A stretch of DNA of 64,000 bases from Eledone cirrhosa (taxonomy: Eukaryota). The stretch's first letter is position 1; each line of letters opens with the position of its first letter. The DNA lies in the NCBI GenBank assembly GCA_964016885.1, contig OZ024745.1:12834001-12898000 (forward strand), in the 5' to 3' direction. Of this stretch, positions 1-11,911 are shown in pieces. Under the pieces are notes generated by a model that saw only the letters and a list, made by a program, of their open reading frames with translations, was not told where the DNA came from and did no database searches. The position numbers and the translations under genes are program-made.

Positions 1-533
1 ATAACATGAGAAAACTCTGGGGTTAAATGAGAGAAGTGCATCCACCTAAGTTTTCCATGAAGAGAGAGTCAATAACAAACATCTTGGAGTTCGGATTAGT
101 TGATAACACATGAAAAAAAGATGAGGAAAAAATTTTGGGTGTTATGTGGTGTGTGTGGAGTGGTGTGTTGTGGTGTGTTTTTATGTGGAGTGGAGTAGTG
201 TTGTATTATTTTTATGGGGTGTGGTGTGATGTGGTGCGGTGCACTGTGGTGTTGTGCAGTGTGGTGTTGTGCAGTGCGGTGCAGTGAGGTTCTTCATCTT
301 TATCTTCATCTTTGTATTCATCTTTGTATTCATCTTTGTATTCATCTTTGTATTCATCTTCTTTGTTTTGTCTTCCATCTAAACAAACAAAAATATATAT
401 ATAAAACATATGTAGCCAATCTCTCAGACTTTTACAACTTTGTCTGATTTACTCGTTTTATTTACAATCCATTAAAATTATAATGGTATTAGAATGAAAT
501 AGTATGGTAGAATATTAAGTGTTAAGTGTTAAT

Positions 534-572
534 TGAACAAGTAATTTCATGCTTTCGCAATCTTCAGGTTCA
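534..572 (-). ncRNA. Minimal type I hammerhead ribozyme (inverted pLTR copy)
   Basis: Minus strand reads TGAAC-CTGAAGA-TTGC GAAA GCAT-GAAA-TTAC-TT-GTTCA. Confidence 0.65.
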
Positions 573-878
573 TATTCTGTGGTGACAGTCAAGTTTACAA
601 TTTTCAACTGTAATGAGATGGGTAAATTTTGTGCCTTATATACAGTGAAAAGCGGCTACATGTGTAGTTTCACTGGATTACTGAAGCTGATTGGTTTAGG
701 CATCACGGTTGGTTGGGCATGTCTAACGACTTCTATTTAGCATCTATTCAAAGCATCAATTGTTTTGCTATTTTTAGAAATGATGAAAATAGCATTTTCT
801 AGGGTTTTATACCCCTAAGAATTATTATTGTTCATTTAGTTTGGGTTGGAATTTTGAAAAATATTCCCAAATGCAAAT

Positions 879-1169
879 ATGAACTGCAAAAGCAGAAATC
901 TAATTTACTGCATTAAATGCCCGAATTGTGAAGAACTATATGTCGGTCAAACTGGAAATGCACTATCGGAACGTGCACGGGTGCACCGACAGCAAATCAG
1001 AGACCCAAATGTCCGTCAGATACCCCTGAGTAACCATCTAGCAGCATGTGGTCAGAAAATATTTATATTTCCATTCTACAAATTACACAGGCCAAGTGAA
1101 ATCAAGAGAAAAATCACAGAAAAGAATTTTATTGATAAATTCCAACCCAAGCTAAATGAACAATTATAA
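879..1169 (+). pseudogene. Penelope GIY-YIG endonuclease domain (C-terminal fragment of the ORF, no RT)
   Basis: NLIYCIKCPNC..LYVGQTG..LSERARVH..HL..C..E..FI..FQP.LN matches the Penelope GIY-YIG pattern with CCHH residues. Confidence 0.88.
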
Positions 1170-1456
1170 TTCTTAGGGGTATAAAAACCCTAGAAAATGC
1201 TATTTACATCATTTCTAAAAATAGCAAAACAATTGATGCTTTGGATAGAGCCAAATAGAAGTCGTTAGACATGCTCAACCAACCATGACGCCTAAACCAA
1301 TCAGCTTCAGTAATCCAGTGAAACTACACACCAATTGGTCGAAATATAGTTTGCAAAATATAGCATTCTGTAGCCGCTTTTCTCTGTATATAAGGCACAA
1401 AATTTACCCATCTCATTACAGTTGAAAATTGCAAACTTGACTGTCACCACAGAATA

Positions 1457-1495
1457 TGAACCTGAAGATTGCGAAAGCATGAAAGTACTTGTTCA
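1457..1495 (+). ncRNA. Minimal type I hammerhead ribozyme in Penelope pLTR
   Basis: Stem I TGAAC/GTTCA, core CTGAAGA, stem II TGC-GAAA-GCA, GAAA, palindromic GTAC in place of stem III, then TT. Confidence 0.72.
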
Positions 1496-1536
1496 ATTAA
1501 CACTTAACACTTAATATTCTAACATACTATTCAGAT

Positions 1537-1912
1537 TACATCTATATATATATACACATGCATATATATATACATACATACATACACATATACATATATA
1601 CAAATACATATATACATGCATATATATATACATATACAATATGTATAGGATTCCTTTCCCTTTGAGCACATAATTTACAGGGAATAACGCGACTCTATGG
1701 CTCCGTTAATTTATCTTCATATATACATATATATACATACACACACACATATATATACATACACACATATGCATACACACACATGCATACACACATATAT
1801 ACATACACACACATATACATACACACACATATACATACACACATATATACATACACACACATATATATAGATTCATACATACATACACACACACATATAT
1901 ATATATATGTAT
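1537..1912. repeat. (TA)/(CATA)/(CA) compound microsatellites
   Basis: Visible simple repeats; they account for the YI/VC-rich ORFs. Confidence 0.9.
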
Positions 1913-2264
1913 AAAGTACTTGACGATGAGCATTCTAGTTGTTCAATAAACTGATTGAATAATACAAACGATGTTTTAATATACAGATTCATTATTTGCG
2001 TATATATAATATATTTACAGTAGAATAACAGCAAATATGTTTTAAATATATACATAAATAATTACCAATGCTTAAAAAACATTATAAATTGCTCGCGATT
2101 CTTTCAGAAGGATATATTCCTTTAATGTTGCAATATTAAAGAAAATATACGTCTATATATACATACATATATTTATTCAACTAAGGAAAGTTGGTTGATT
2201 GAAAATTTGCCGACTCTTTCATAAGTTTAATATCAACAGTTTATGTTTATCCGGAGTTTTATTA

Positions 2265-2373
2265 TAATAATTGTTTCTACTTTGGCACAAGGCCAGCAAT
2301 TACCCAGTGTATTACTGCTACTTTATTTTATCGACCCCATAAGGATGAAAGGCAAAGTTAACCTCGGTGGGTT
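2265..2373 (-). mobile_element. SINE family A, 3' part (tRNA-derived, Deu/Nin-domain-like)
   Basis: Reverse complement of GAGGTTAACTTTGCCTTTCATCCTTA.GGGGTCGATAAAATAAAGTA.CAG...GTAGAAACAATT, repeated many times in the window. Confidence 0.8.
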
Positions 2374-2500
2374 ATAATAATAAACAAGAAAGACGGTATC
2401 ATTTGCCCATTTCATTTGTATAACATCTGCCCTACGTGTTCTCATATCAATGGATATCAACGAATATCTCATATCAACGGATATTTACATCTTGCATGGA

Positions 2501-2576
2501 TTTTTTGTCGGAAGAAAACACGTAAGGCAGATATTATACAAATGACATATGTCTTCGAAATAAGTATAATAAAATA
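2501..2576 (+). ncRNA. Degenerate hammerhead motif (Penelope pLTR relic)
   Basis: TTTTTTGT-CGGAAGA...GAAA-TAAGTA-TA-ATAAAATA has the same layout as 5125-5195, but the core is mutated. Confidence 0.4.
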
Positions 2577-2643
<67 letters not shown>

Positions 2644-2762
2644 AGGTGAGTTTTATTGTAGTACAATAAAGAGCAATGCAGATATCGGATAAGTACCACT
2701 CTACAGTTTGTAGGACTGGAGTATAAATAATAAGATCAAAAGATGGTTAAAAGAGTTCCATG

Positions 2763-2830
2763 TATTTTATTATGCGCATTTCAAAAACAAATATCATGCG
2801 ATGACATTTGCGTTTTCGTCAGATAAAATA
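2763..2830 (-). ncRNA. Type I hammerhead ribozyme
   Basis: Minus strand: TATTTTAT-CTGACGA-(long stem II)-GAAA-TGCGCA-TA-ATAAAATA. Confidence 0.8.
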
Positions 2831-3571
2831 GGGAGACATGATATGAAGGTTAAAAAACACTTGTGAATAGTGCAGTTTTAAATCAACTTATGAAAAGTAA
2901 TTCAAGATTGATATGTGATATTGGGAAAAAAATGAGGGTGGGTGGGTGGGGTGGAAAGGATGAAAAAGAGGAGGAGATGAGAGTAAAGAATGGAGGGGGA
3001 GGAGTATAATAAGGAAGGATGAGATAGGAGGAGAGATGGGTGATAGAAAGAGAGAGATAGCCTTTATAACTGAGAAAAATATATTGTTTTACAGAGAGAG
3101 GTTAAAAAGCCGTTGGAAGATAATATATAAATTAAAAGAATTTGAAAATTAATGAAAAGAAAAAAATTAAGAATAATGTTAAATTAAGGTTTGTATATTG
3201 AAGAGTTTAATAATATGTGCGATGAAAAGAAATTGTTAATATATATTAAGAATAATGTTAAATTAAGGTTTGTATATTGAAGGGTTTAATAATGTGTTAA
3301 ACCTTAATTTAACATTATTCTTAATATATATTAACAATTTCTTTTCATCGCACATATTATTAAACCCTTCAATATACAAACCTTAATTTAACATTATTCT
3401 TAATTTTTTCTTTTCATTAATTTTCAAATTCTTTTAATTTATATATTATCTTCCAACGGCTTTTTAACCTCTCTCTCTCTGTAAAACAATATATTTTTCT
3501 CAGTTATAAAAGCTATCTCTCTCTCTCTATCACCCATCTCTCCTATCTCATCCTTCCTTATTATACTCCTC

Positions 3572-4956
3572 CAGTGGCGGATTTAACAGGTGGTGAAGGT
3601 GGAAAATGCCGACTGGGCCCCTGCCGACTGGGCGCTTGCAAAAAAAAAAAATTGTAATTTGGGCGATATCCAAAAATACCTCCCCCATGCCTAGGGCTAA
3701 ATAACTTCGCTGTTCGCTGCTGATATGAGGCTAAATAACTTCGCTGCTGGCTGCTGAAATGAGGCTATTCCAACAAATTTACATTCCCTTTTTTTTAGCC
3801 GTTAAAAGAAATATAGATTTATTTATTTATTTGAAACGTTTTTGTTAGTTTCATTGTTTTGTTTTTTTGGCGATAATTTTGTTAGTTTCTTGTTGTTTTT
3901 TTTTAGTTTCTTTTTGATTTATTCCTTGTGACAGTGCTTTGAACGTTCAACAGATAAATTGGAAGAACTCAGATGCGATCACAAATTTGAACAATTTGTG
4001 GACCAGACAAAGAAAGCCTGGAATGACGTGGGATTTGATGCATCTGAAACTAATTTTAAAATAACACGAGTAAGGAGAAGAAAGATTATGGATGGTGAAG
4101 TTTGTGGTGTTGAAAGACTAGCTACTGCTTCAGATAGATATCGCACTGCAATTTATTTTCAATCACTGGATAGTATGATTGGGGAGATGAGAGCCCGAAC
4201 TGAAGGAATAAAAAAAATATCTTCAATCTTTGGATTTTTGAGTCCAAATCGACTGGCTAAATGCTCAGATGATGAACTAAAAACACATGTAGCAACATTG
4301 GTAGATAACTTTCCAAATGAATTCACACTGGAACTCAGAAATGAACTCTTTTCTTTCATTGGCCTCTACTTTTCACAGCCAAACGCAGCTTTAAAACAAA
4401 GTGGGGTTATGCCATATCTGAAATTTTTACTGAACAATGACTTGTGTGATGTCTTTCCCGAGTTTGAAATTCTGGTAAGGCTATTTCTCACTTTACCAAT
4501 TGGCATAGCAAGTGCGGAACGCTCTTTCAGTGTTCTACGAAGAATTAAAAATTATCTTCGTTCAACGATGGGCCAGGAGAGGCTATCCAGTTTTGCCCTG
4601 CTGGCAATTGAAAACAAAATTACTAAATCAGTAAACTTGGACCACGCTATAACTCATTTTTCAACTGTTAAAGCTCGCAGAGGTCTGCGCATGTAAAAGC
4701 AATTTGTGTAAAAGACTAACATATATACAACTTTATTACTTTATTATTTGTTTACAGTACAGCACATCTGTTTGTTTGTTTCAAATAAAGTATACTTGTA
4801 ATTTAATTGTCTTCTTAATGATTATTGGTAGCTAAATGGGAAATAAAAAAAAAAACTTTTTCAATACTCGCTCGAAAAGATGGTACTTTAATTTTCACTC
4901 TGGGACCTCCTTACTGACCAATGCCGACTGGGCCCTATTCCTTAAATCCGCCACTG
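3572..4956 (+). mobile_element. Internally deleted hAT DNA transposon
   Basis: 15-bp TIR CAGTGGCGGATTTAA / TTAAATCCGCCACTG. 8-bp TSD TACTCCTC at 3564-3571 and 4957-4964. Subterminal ATGCCGACTGGGCCC at both ends. Confidence 0.95.
3959..4696 (+). pseudogene. hAT transposase C-terminal part (dimerization domain)
   Basis: FPEFEILVRLFLTLPIGIASAERSFSVLRRIKNYLRSTMGQERLSSFALLAIE; the N-terminal domains are missing. Confidence 0.9.
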
Positions 4957-5124
4957 TACTCCTCCCCCACCATTCTTTACTTTCATCTCCTCTTTTTCAT
5001 CCTTTCCACCCCCCCCCCCTCATTTTTTCCCCAATATCACATATCAATCTTAAATTACTTTTCCTATGTTGATTTAAAACTGCACTATTCACAAGTGTTT
5101 TTTAACCTTCATATCATGTCTCCC

Positions 5125-5195
5125 TATTTTATCTGACGAAAACGCAAATGTCATCGCATGATGATATTTGTTTTTGAAATGCGCATAATAAAATA
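5125..5195 (+). ncRNA. Type I hammerhead ribozyme
   Basis: 8-bp stem I TATTTTAT/ATAAAATA, CTGACGA, stem II CAAATGTCATC/GATGATATTTG, GAAA, palindromic TGCGCA, TA cleavage site. Confidence 0.82.
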
Positions 5196-5543
5196 CATGG
5201 AACTCTTTTAACCACCTTTTGATCTTATATTATATATATACATATACATACATAGTAATAATAATTGTTTCTACTTTAGGCACAAGGCCAGCAATTACCC
5301 AGTGCATTACTGAATAATAATAATATTTATACTTATATATGATTATAAATATGGATGGTAGTACTAAGTACTAGCCGGAAGGAGAAAAGGCTCAATGTAA
5401 ATTTTCAAATGTATTACAGAAGTTTAATACATTTAATTGGTGATAATTTTTTTTTTACATACATACATACATACATATATATATACAATATATTAATAAA
5501 TGGAAACTATATTTATCATGGGCCACCGCTTTCATCAGATAAA

Positions 5544-5588
<45 letters not shown>

Positions 5589-5708
5589 AAACTTAATTAT
5601 TCGTGTAACGTTTTTAATAATTATTTGATATTACTTACCGTTTTCTTATCTTTTGATTTACTGTTTCTTCATTTCTCCTGCGTTTGTTGAAATTCCCGCT
5701 ATTCTCTG

Positions 5709-5985
5709 GAGAAAAATTGCGCCAAACGTTTCCTTTTGAAAGAATAATGTGATTTGTCACGAGATATTACCTCTAAATATGTGTATACGTATACACATTA
5801 CCTCTAAATATGTGTATACGTATATACGTATACACATTACCTCTAAATATGTGTATACGTATATACGTATACACATTACCTCTAAATATGTGTATACGTA
5901 TATACGTATACACATATTTAGAAGTACTATCACGTGACAAATCACATTATTCTTTCAAAAGGAAAAGTTTGGCGCCATTTTTCTC
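5709..5985. repeat. Palindromic element with internal 36-bp tandem repeats (promoter-like arms)
   Basis: ~80-bp inverted arms around repeats of ACACATTACCTCTAAATATGTGTATACGTATATACGTAT. Confidence 0.85.
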
Positions 5986-6069
5986 GTATATACGTATTTT
6001 TTCATTGTAAGTTCGGAAAAATGATAAATTGGAATAATTCTAAAATCGGGAAAATTTTTTATATCACTC

Positions 6070-6200
6070 AAATGATGTTATTGCATTAAGCATCCTTTTC
6101 ACACTTCCAGTATCGATAGAAAATGGTGAGAGTAGTTTCTCAAAGCTGAAGCTTATAAAATTTTACATTCACTCTACAATGTTGCAAGGGAGTTTTGTTG
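6070..6200 (+). pseudogene. Old hAT transposase dimerization-domain relic
   Basis: Manual translation IALSILFTLPVSIENGESSFSKLKLIKFYIHSTMLQG. Confidence 0.7.
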
Positions 6201-6276
6201 ACTTGCATTTTTAACGATAATAAACCGATTATTAATCATTGAAAGACTCAAAATAATAATACTATGGAATATTTTT

Positions 6277-6345
6277 ACTGAGTCCGGTTAAGAGTATACT
6301 ATTTTCCATTCCCGAGGGTATACTCTTAAGCAGACTCGACTGTAC
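6277..6345. mobile_element. Tiny hairpin MITE (Tc1/mariner/pogo-like)
   Basis: GAGTCCGGTTAAGAGTATAC ... GTATACTCTTAAGCAGACTC inverted repeat ending in CTG-TA. Confidence 0.45.
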
Positions 6346-6537
6346 CTGCGGGGCTAGACCGAGGGGGCGGGGAAAAGTCGGGTCCCATCACAATATTCCC
6401 GTTCCATGATAGTAAGGCCCCTTCACCTGAGAGGCAAAGGTAAAACCTGCAACGATACATTTTCTCAAACAAGAACCTGGTTAATTTCGTGCTCGACAAG
6501 TCTGTTATCATAATTCAATACACATCAGCAACCAACA

Positions 6538-6579
<42 letters not shown>

Positions 6580-7284
6580 CCCTGTTGTATATCAATACTA
6601 GCTGCTTCCTACCTCTTTATCAGATAAATATTTTTTTTTACAAGCTGTTTTTTAGTCTGTTTATAGATTCTGCATGGGATTACGTTATTGTTGTTGTTTA
6701 GCCCTAGGTCAACCTTGACTAAACCACAGAATTCCATTATGATCAACGGTATTCCAGCCACGACCATCCCGTCGTTTTAGGTGTATCTAATACGTACATT
6801 ATCAGACATCGTGTTCTTTCTTAATATTTTTTTTAAGGTGGGTGGAAAGAATTGGCTGTTATTTCTAGCAAACTGAGTGCCCACATAGTATGTGTATATG
6901 GGGGAGGGGTATGTTAAAGTAAGGGAGTACAAGTGTTTGTGAAACATTTAACCATTTACATTATAAATTCAAATGTGTGGGTAGTTCTTGGTGATCGAAC
7001 GAAAGGAACCGATACGAGATCCATTGATTCTGTATAAGCCTATCAGAGGTTCATCGATATACCAACCATTGGTAAATATTCTCCTCACGAAGGGCGAGAG
7101 TGGCGATCGCAAACATATATACATATACACACAAACACATACACACCACATATATATATATATACGCAGAAACACACACATACAATAACGACTAGTACTA
7201 CGATTCTGGAGGAGCGAATGATGGAGAAGATGAAGCTCTCTGTCGCAGAATAAATGGTATTTAATTTTAATAATAATACTAATA

Positions 7285-7340
<56 letters not shown>

Positions 7341-7855
7341 TTCTCAATTGAATTGATTATCATTATCGTTTTTATGGCAAAAGATAGACAGAGAGGGAAA
7401 GAGATAGATAGAGGGAAAGATTTTGACATATATATATATATATATGTATTTTGTTTTTTTATATATATATATATGATAGAAAGAAGAGAAAAAAACGAAA
7501 CCCTTAGAAACGAATAAGAGTCATCAAAGCGATCATATGTATTGCTTTAAACTGTAATGCGAAGGGATACACTAGTATTTGAAGTACCATCATTTGGGAT
7601 TTTAACCCTCGGACTTTCCCCTCCTGGTTTTGAAATTTAGGGAAAATTTAGGGGTGACTGGGAATATTACATAATGTAGGGATTTTCTTTTCCTTTTCTA
7701 TCATTTCTTATTTATGTATTTATATATTTATTTATCTACTCTCGTGATTGATATTCCGACAAATGTTAGGGGTGTATTTTGGTTTTTTATTATGTCAGGT
7801 ATAGCATCCAAAAATTTCTCCCTTCCCCCAATATATATATATATATATATATATA

Positions 7856-7936
7856 CAAACAGTGTCCCAAAAAATGTATACACACTTCAACAGCAAAGTA
7901 ATCAAAGTGTGTATATATTTTTGAGGGGACACCGTG
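7856..7936. mobile_element. Tiny Tc1/mariner-like MITE in a TA microsatellite
   Basis: GTGTCCCAAAAAATGTATACACACTT ... AAGTGTGTATATATTTTTGAGGGGACAC imperfect TIRs. Confidence 0.55.
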
Positions 7937-8399
7937 TGTATATATATATATATATGTGTGTGTATGTGTAACTAGTAAAACTGTTAAAACGCAGCGGTAT
8001 ATTCTAATTTGGCCCTTTTAAGGGCCACCTATATTTTCATTTAAGTAACTCCACTTACATCTATATGCTTTAATTAAAAAAATAATAAAAAAACGCGTGA
8101 AAATTTTTTTTTTATTTAAGTAACTCCACTTACGCGTGGTAGTAATACGGAAATAAACGCTGTTTTGCTTTCATCGGCTGCTTCAACTGACAGCTAATAG
8201 CGTTGTAGTGCCAAGAAACTTGTTGATACTTTATAAAACAAATGAAATAGTAAAATATTATTATGCAGTGGAGTTTTGAAACAATCAAAATATTAAAACA
8301 TCATAGAAATACTCTCGTGGGAAGTTACGAAACCACATCTAAACATCATCATCATCATATGTTAACTGCCACGGCTTGTATAATATATATATATATATA

Positions 8400-8535
8400 T
8401 AATTGTCTCTACTTTAGGCACAAGGCCAGCAATTACCCAGTGCATTACTGGTACTTTATTTTATCGACCCCGTAAGGATGAAAGGCAAAGTCAACCTCGG
8501 CGGGATTTGAACTCAGATCGTAAAGGGACGTAACA
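8400..8535 (-). mobile_element. SINE family A
   Basis: Same core as 2265; includes reverse B-box GAGTTCAAATCCC. Confidence 0.8.
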
Positions 8536-9053
8536 ATGAAAGCTATACCCATTTTCACAAGAGAAGGCATCTCTCACCTGACGGACGGGCAGAGTTTACA
8601 GGTCTGCCCTTCATAGAAAGCATCACACACACATACATACACATGTTGGTGACTCAATAGAGCCAAGTCATCCACTCCATTACATGGCTGAAGATTCTCA
8701 GCTACTGAGCAAACATCGTTTCATGTCATGCTGCCCTTTCTCTTGTCACACAGTAAAGCTGCAATACTCAAATTTCAATATGCTTCAGACGTGGATAGCT
8801 GGCAACAGATATAATGACCCAACAGAGCTCTCTATGACGACAACCCTTATACGGGAGACGTTTGTACAAGGACGAGATTCGACATTTGATCCCATTGTAT
8901 GTCACTTTAGATCAGAGGTTCTCAAACTTTTGGGGCCACCTCCCCACTCACGGCCCCATTATACCCTCAGCGCCCCCACCCCTATTTCCGGAGAGACTTG
9001 CTAACACGAAAATTATAAATGATACATAATAGATAAAATCATTAATTTATATA

Positions 9054-9238
9054 TGGATTGGCAGTATCGGTAGAGGGTTTGACGTCATGCTTTGCAGCAA
9101 AGAGTTACGGCCCTTTATGGTCTGAGTTCAAATCCCGCCGAGGTTAACTTTGCCTTTCATCCTTACAGGGTCGGTAAAATAAAGTACCAGTAATACACTG
9201 AGATAATTGCTGGCCTTATGCCAAAAGTAGAAACAATT
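9054..9238 (+). mobile_element. SINE family A (near full length)
   Basis: A-box-like TGGCAGTATCGGTAGA, B-box GAGTTCAAATCC, core GCCTTTCATCCTTACAGGGTCG. Confidence 0.85.
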
Positions 9239-9240
9239 AA

Positions 9241-9916
9241 TTTATGGAAGCTGAACATGTCCCTACCGGCAAGTAAAGCTTACAGGAACCGGATTAGTAC
9301 GTTAGTTAAGGAGTGGTTGACTGAAGCGATCGTCAACAGCAGGTGGTGGGTATCTCTAAAGAGAGAGATTAGATTAGTCTCGATAGAATTTAGTAAGGTT
9401 TTAGCTGCGGATAGGAATAGGAAGGAAAGGGAGCTGATAGACAGAGTAGAAGAGGCAATTAGAAGCGGCGACGTGGCCTCAGAACGGCTTTGAGCCAGTT
9501 TTTCGACGCGAAGCACAAAGGCTGCGTTTTCCGAAGTAAAATACGTGCTCTAGGAAACGAGGGGACCAAAGCTGTTAGCTGGGCCCGCGTGACAGAAGCC
9601 AAGAGTGGAATTAAATCCACCATCCGGTCTTTGCGAGACCAGGATGGACGAGCGATCCTTGAACCTAAGCAGATGTGTGAGGCCTTTCAAAGGCACTTTG
9701 CCCGATTGTTCAAAAAGGGCGGGGAGCTGGTTGGGGAAGTGGACTTCGGTCCATACCTCGACGGCCTGCCGCGTCTTTCGGACGAGGAGGCGAAGTCCTG
9801 TGAGGAACCGATTTCAGCCGCTGAGATAGAGGCTGTGCTGAGCCAATGCGGCAAACGCAAATCCCCGGTCTCGATGGTCTTCCATACGAACTATATCTAG
9901 CTATGCCGGACTTGTT
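9241..9916 (+). mobile_element. Tx1/L1-clade LINE ORF2 fragment (EN-RT linker)
   Basis: WKLNMSL...WWVSLKREIR...EEPISAAEI...KSP/PGLDGLPYELY, with a stop and a frameshift. Confidence 0.8.
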
Positions 9917-10108
9917 GCCCTTCCTAACACCAACCTCATTTGCAGAGAGTGCTGGGTGCTTTTTTGGCGTGGCACCTCCACGACCACTTTGCAGTGGAAT
10001 GATAGGGACCCCAGTCCCTATCATCTCATTTCTTCAGCTGAGTAAACTGGAGCAATGTGAAATAAAGTGTCTTGCTCAAGGAAACAACACATCACCACGT
10101 CTGAGAAT
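9917..10108 (-). mobile_element. SINE family B (partial), inverted partner of the next copy
   Basis: Reverse complement of 10174-10366. Confidence 0.85.
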
Positions 10109-10117
10109 TTTTCATGG

Positions 10118-10455
10118 AGGCACATGGCTTAGTGGTTAGAGCATTGGCCTTGCAATAGAAAGGTTGTGAGTTCAATTCTCAGACCGGGTGATGTGTTGTT
10201 TCCTTGAGCAAGACACTTTATTTCACATTGCTCCAGTTTACTCAGCTGAAGAAATGAGATGATAGGGATTGGGGTCCCTATCATTCCACTGCAAAGTGGT
10301 CATGGAGGTGCCACGGCAAAAAAGCAGCCAGCACTCACAGAAAATGAGGTTGGTGTTAGGAAGGGCATCCAGCTGTAGAAATCAAGCCAGAATCAGTTCC
10401 CGTCCCACCCTTGCAAGCAGGGAAAAGCGAACGTAAAATGAAATGATGATGATGA
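10118..10455 (+). mobile_element. SINE family B (tRNA head, TCCTTGAGCAAGACACTT core, RTE-type tail)
   Basis: TGGCTTAGTGGTTAGA A-box, GAGTTCAATTC B-box, tail AGGAAGGGCATCCAGCTGTAGAAA...ACGTAAAATG(ATG)n. Confidence 0.85.
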
Positions 10456-10533
10456 AATGATATATATATATATATATATATAGAATAAGTAAAAGCGAAG
10501 TAGTTTCAGATGTTCAAGTCCTTTAATAATAAT

Positions 10534-10607
10534 GGTGTGATATATATTTCAATGACGACACTGGCCACACTGTTCTGTGTGCGAGTGTCGTGACATCATC
10601 AGACAGC
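10534..10607 (-). ncRNA. Hammerhead ribozyme motif in a probable Penelope pLTR relic (~10480-10920)
   Basis: Minus strand: TGT-CTGATGA-..ACGACACT...AGTGTCGT..-GAAA-TATATA-TC-ACA. Confidence 0.65.
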
Positions 10608-11423
10608 TTGTTACATAATAATGTTATGTTTCCGAGGCAATCTAAGTTAAATCGACATGGGAACGGACGAAGTGTGTGCTTTTGGGTTCTTCATCCGTTC
10701 CCCTGTGAGTACCAATTCACCCCCACCGGTCTGCGCAGGCGCATGTCCGAAGGAAGTTGACCATTAGCTACCGCCGATTTCAACGAAATTCGCTTAGTCA
10801 GTTCACTCTCTCAGCCAAACAATGACCCATTTAGGCCTGTACCATAGTTTACTGCTACCCGTCCCTTCTGTGGCAGTCAGCCGAAAGCCAGAGGGGATGG
10901 GAGAGTGTTAGTTTTTACAGGTCCCAATACTATACCTCTCACCTTGCATGGGTTTGGACGGGCGTTTTCCCACTTGAGGCAAGAGTGGTTGTCTTGCTCG
11001 CATAGGACTGTCTGGCGGGTTTTCTACGGCTGGATGCCCTTCCTAACACCAACCACGTTTACAGTGTGGACTGGGAGGTTTTTACCGTGTTACCTACACG
11101 GCCACATTACAGCGTGGACTGTGTGTTTTTTGTCGTGACACCTACACGACCTCATTTGTTTCGGACTGGATGTTGTGGTACCAACATAACTTTACATTGA
11201 AAGGGGTGGTGTGGATGGGGTGGGGGTAGTGGGACGGGGTGTATTTTTGTTATATATATATATATATAGTGTTAGTAAATTCTGTACCATACAGTTTTGT
11301 CAGCACAAGTCTAGGTCACAATTTATGCAAATAAAATTAAAGGAGAATAACTTCAGAATAGACAAGTTTTATTTAAAACATTTATAACATTGGTGGCACT
11401 ATTTTGGGTGAGTGATAGGGTCT

Positions 11424-11910
<487 letters not shown>

Positions 11911-11911
<1 letters not shown>

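Larger units (their letters stand above)
499..1532 (+). mobile_element. 5'-truncated Penelope-like element with inverted pLTR
   Basis: 499-854 is the reverse complement of 1137-1532, except for a ~38 bp block at 1331-1368. The arms enclose a GIY-YIG ORF. This is the classic Penelope truncation-inversion structure. Confidence 0.9.
2731..5227. mobile_element. Non-coding foldback (inverted pLTR pair), right arm split by a hAT insertion
   Basis: 2731-3271 is the reverse complement of 3299-3571 joined to 4965-5227. A hammerhead lies near each outer end. Confidence 0.85.

Noticed and set aside
1695-2699. YI/VC/HT-rich ORFs here and throughout the window
   Set aside because: They are translations of (TA)n, (CA)n and (CATA)n microsatellites.
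9054-10190. tRNA genes at A/B-box motifs
   Set aside because: They continue into multi-copy SINE bodies and do not close a cloverleaf.
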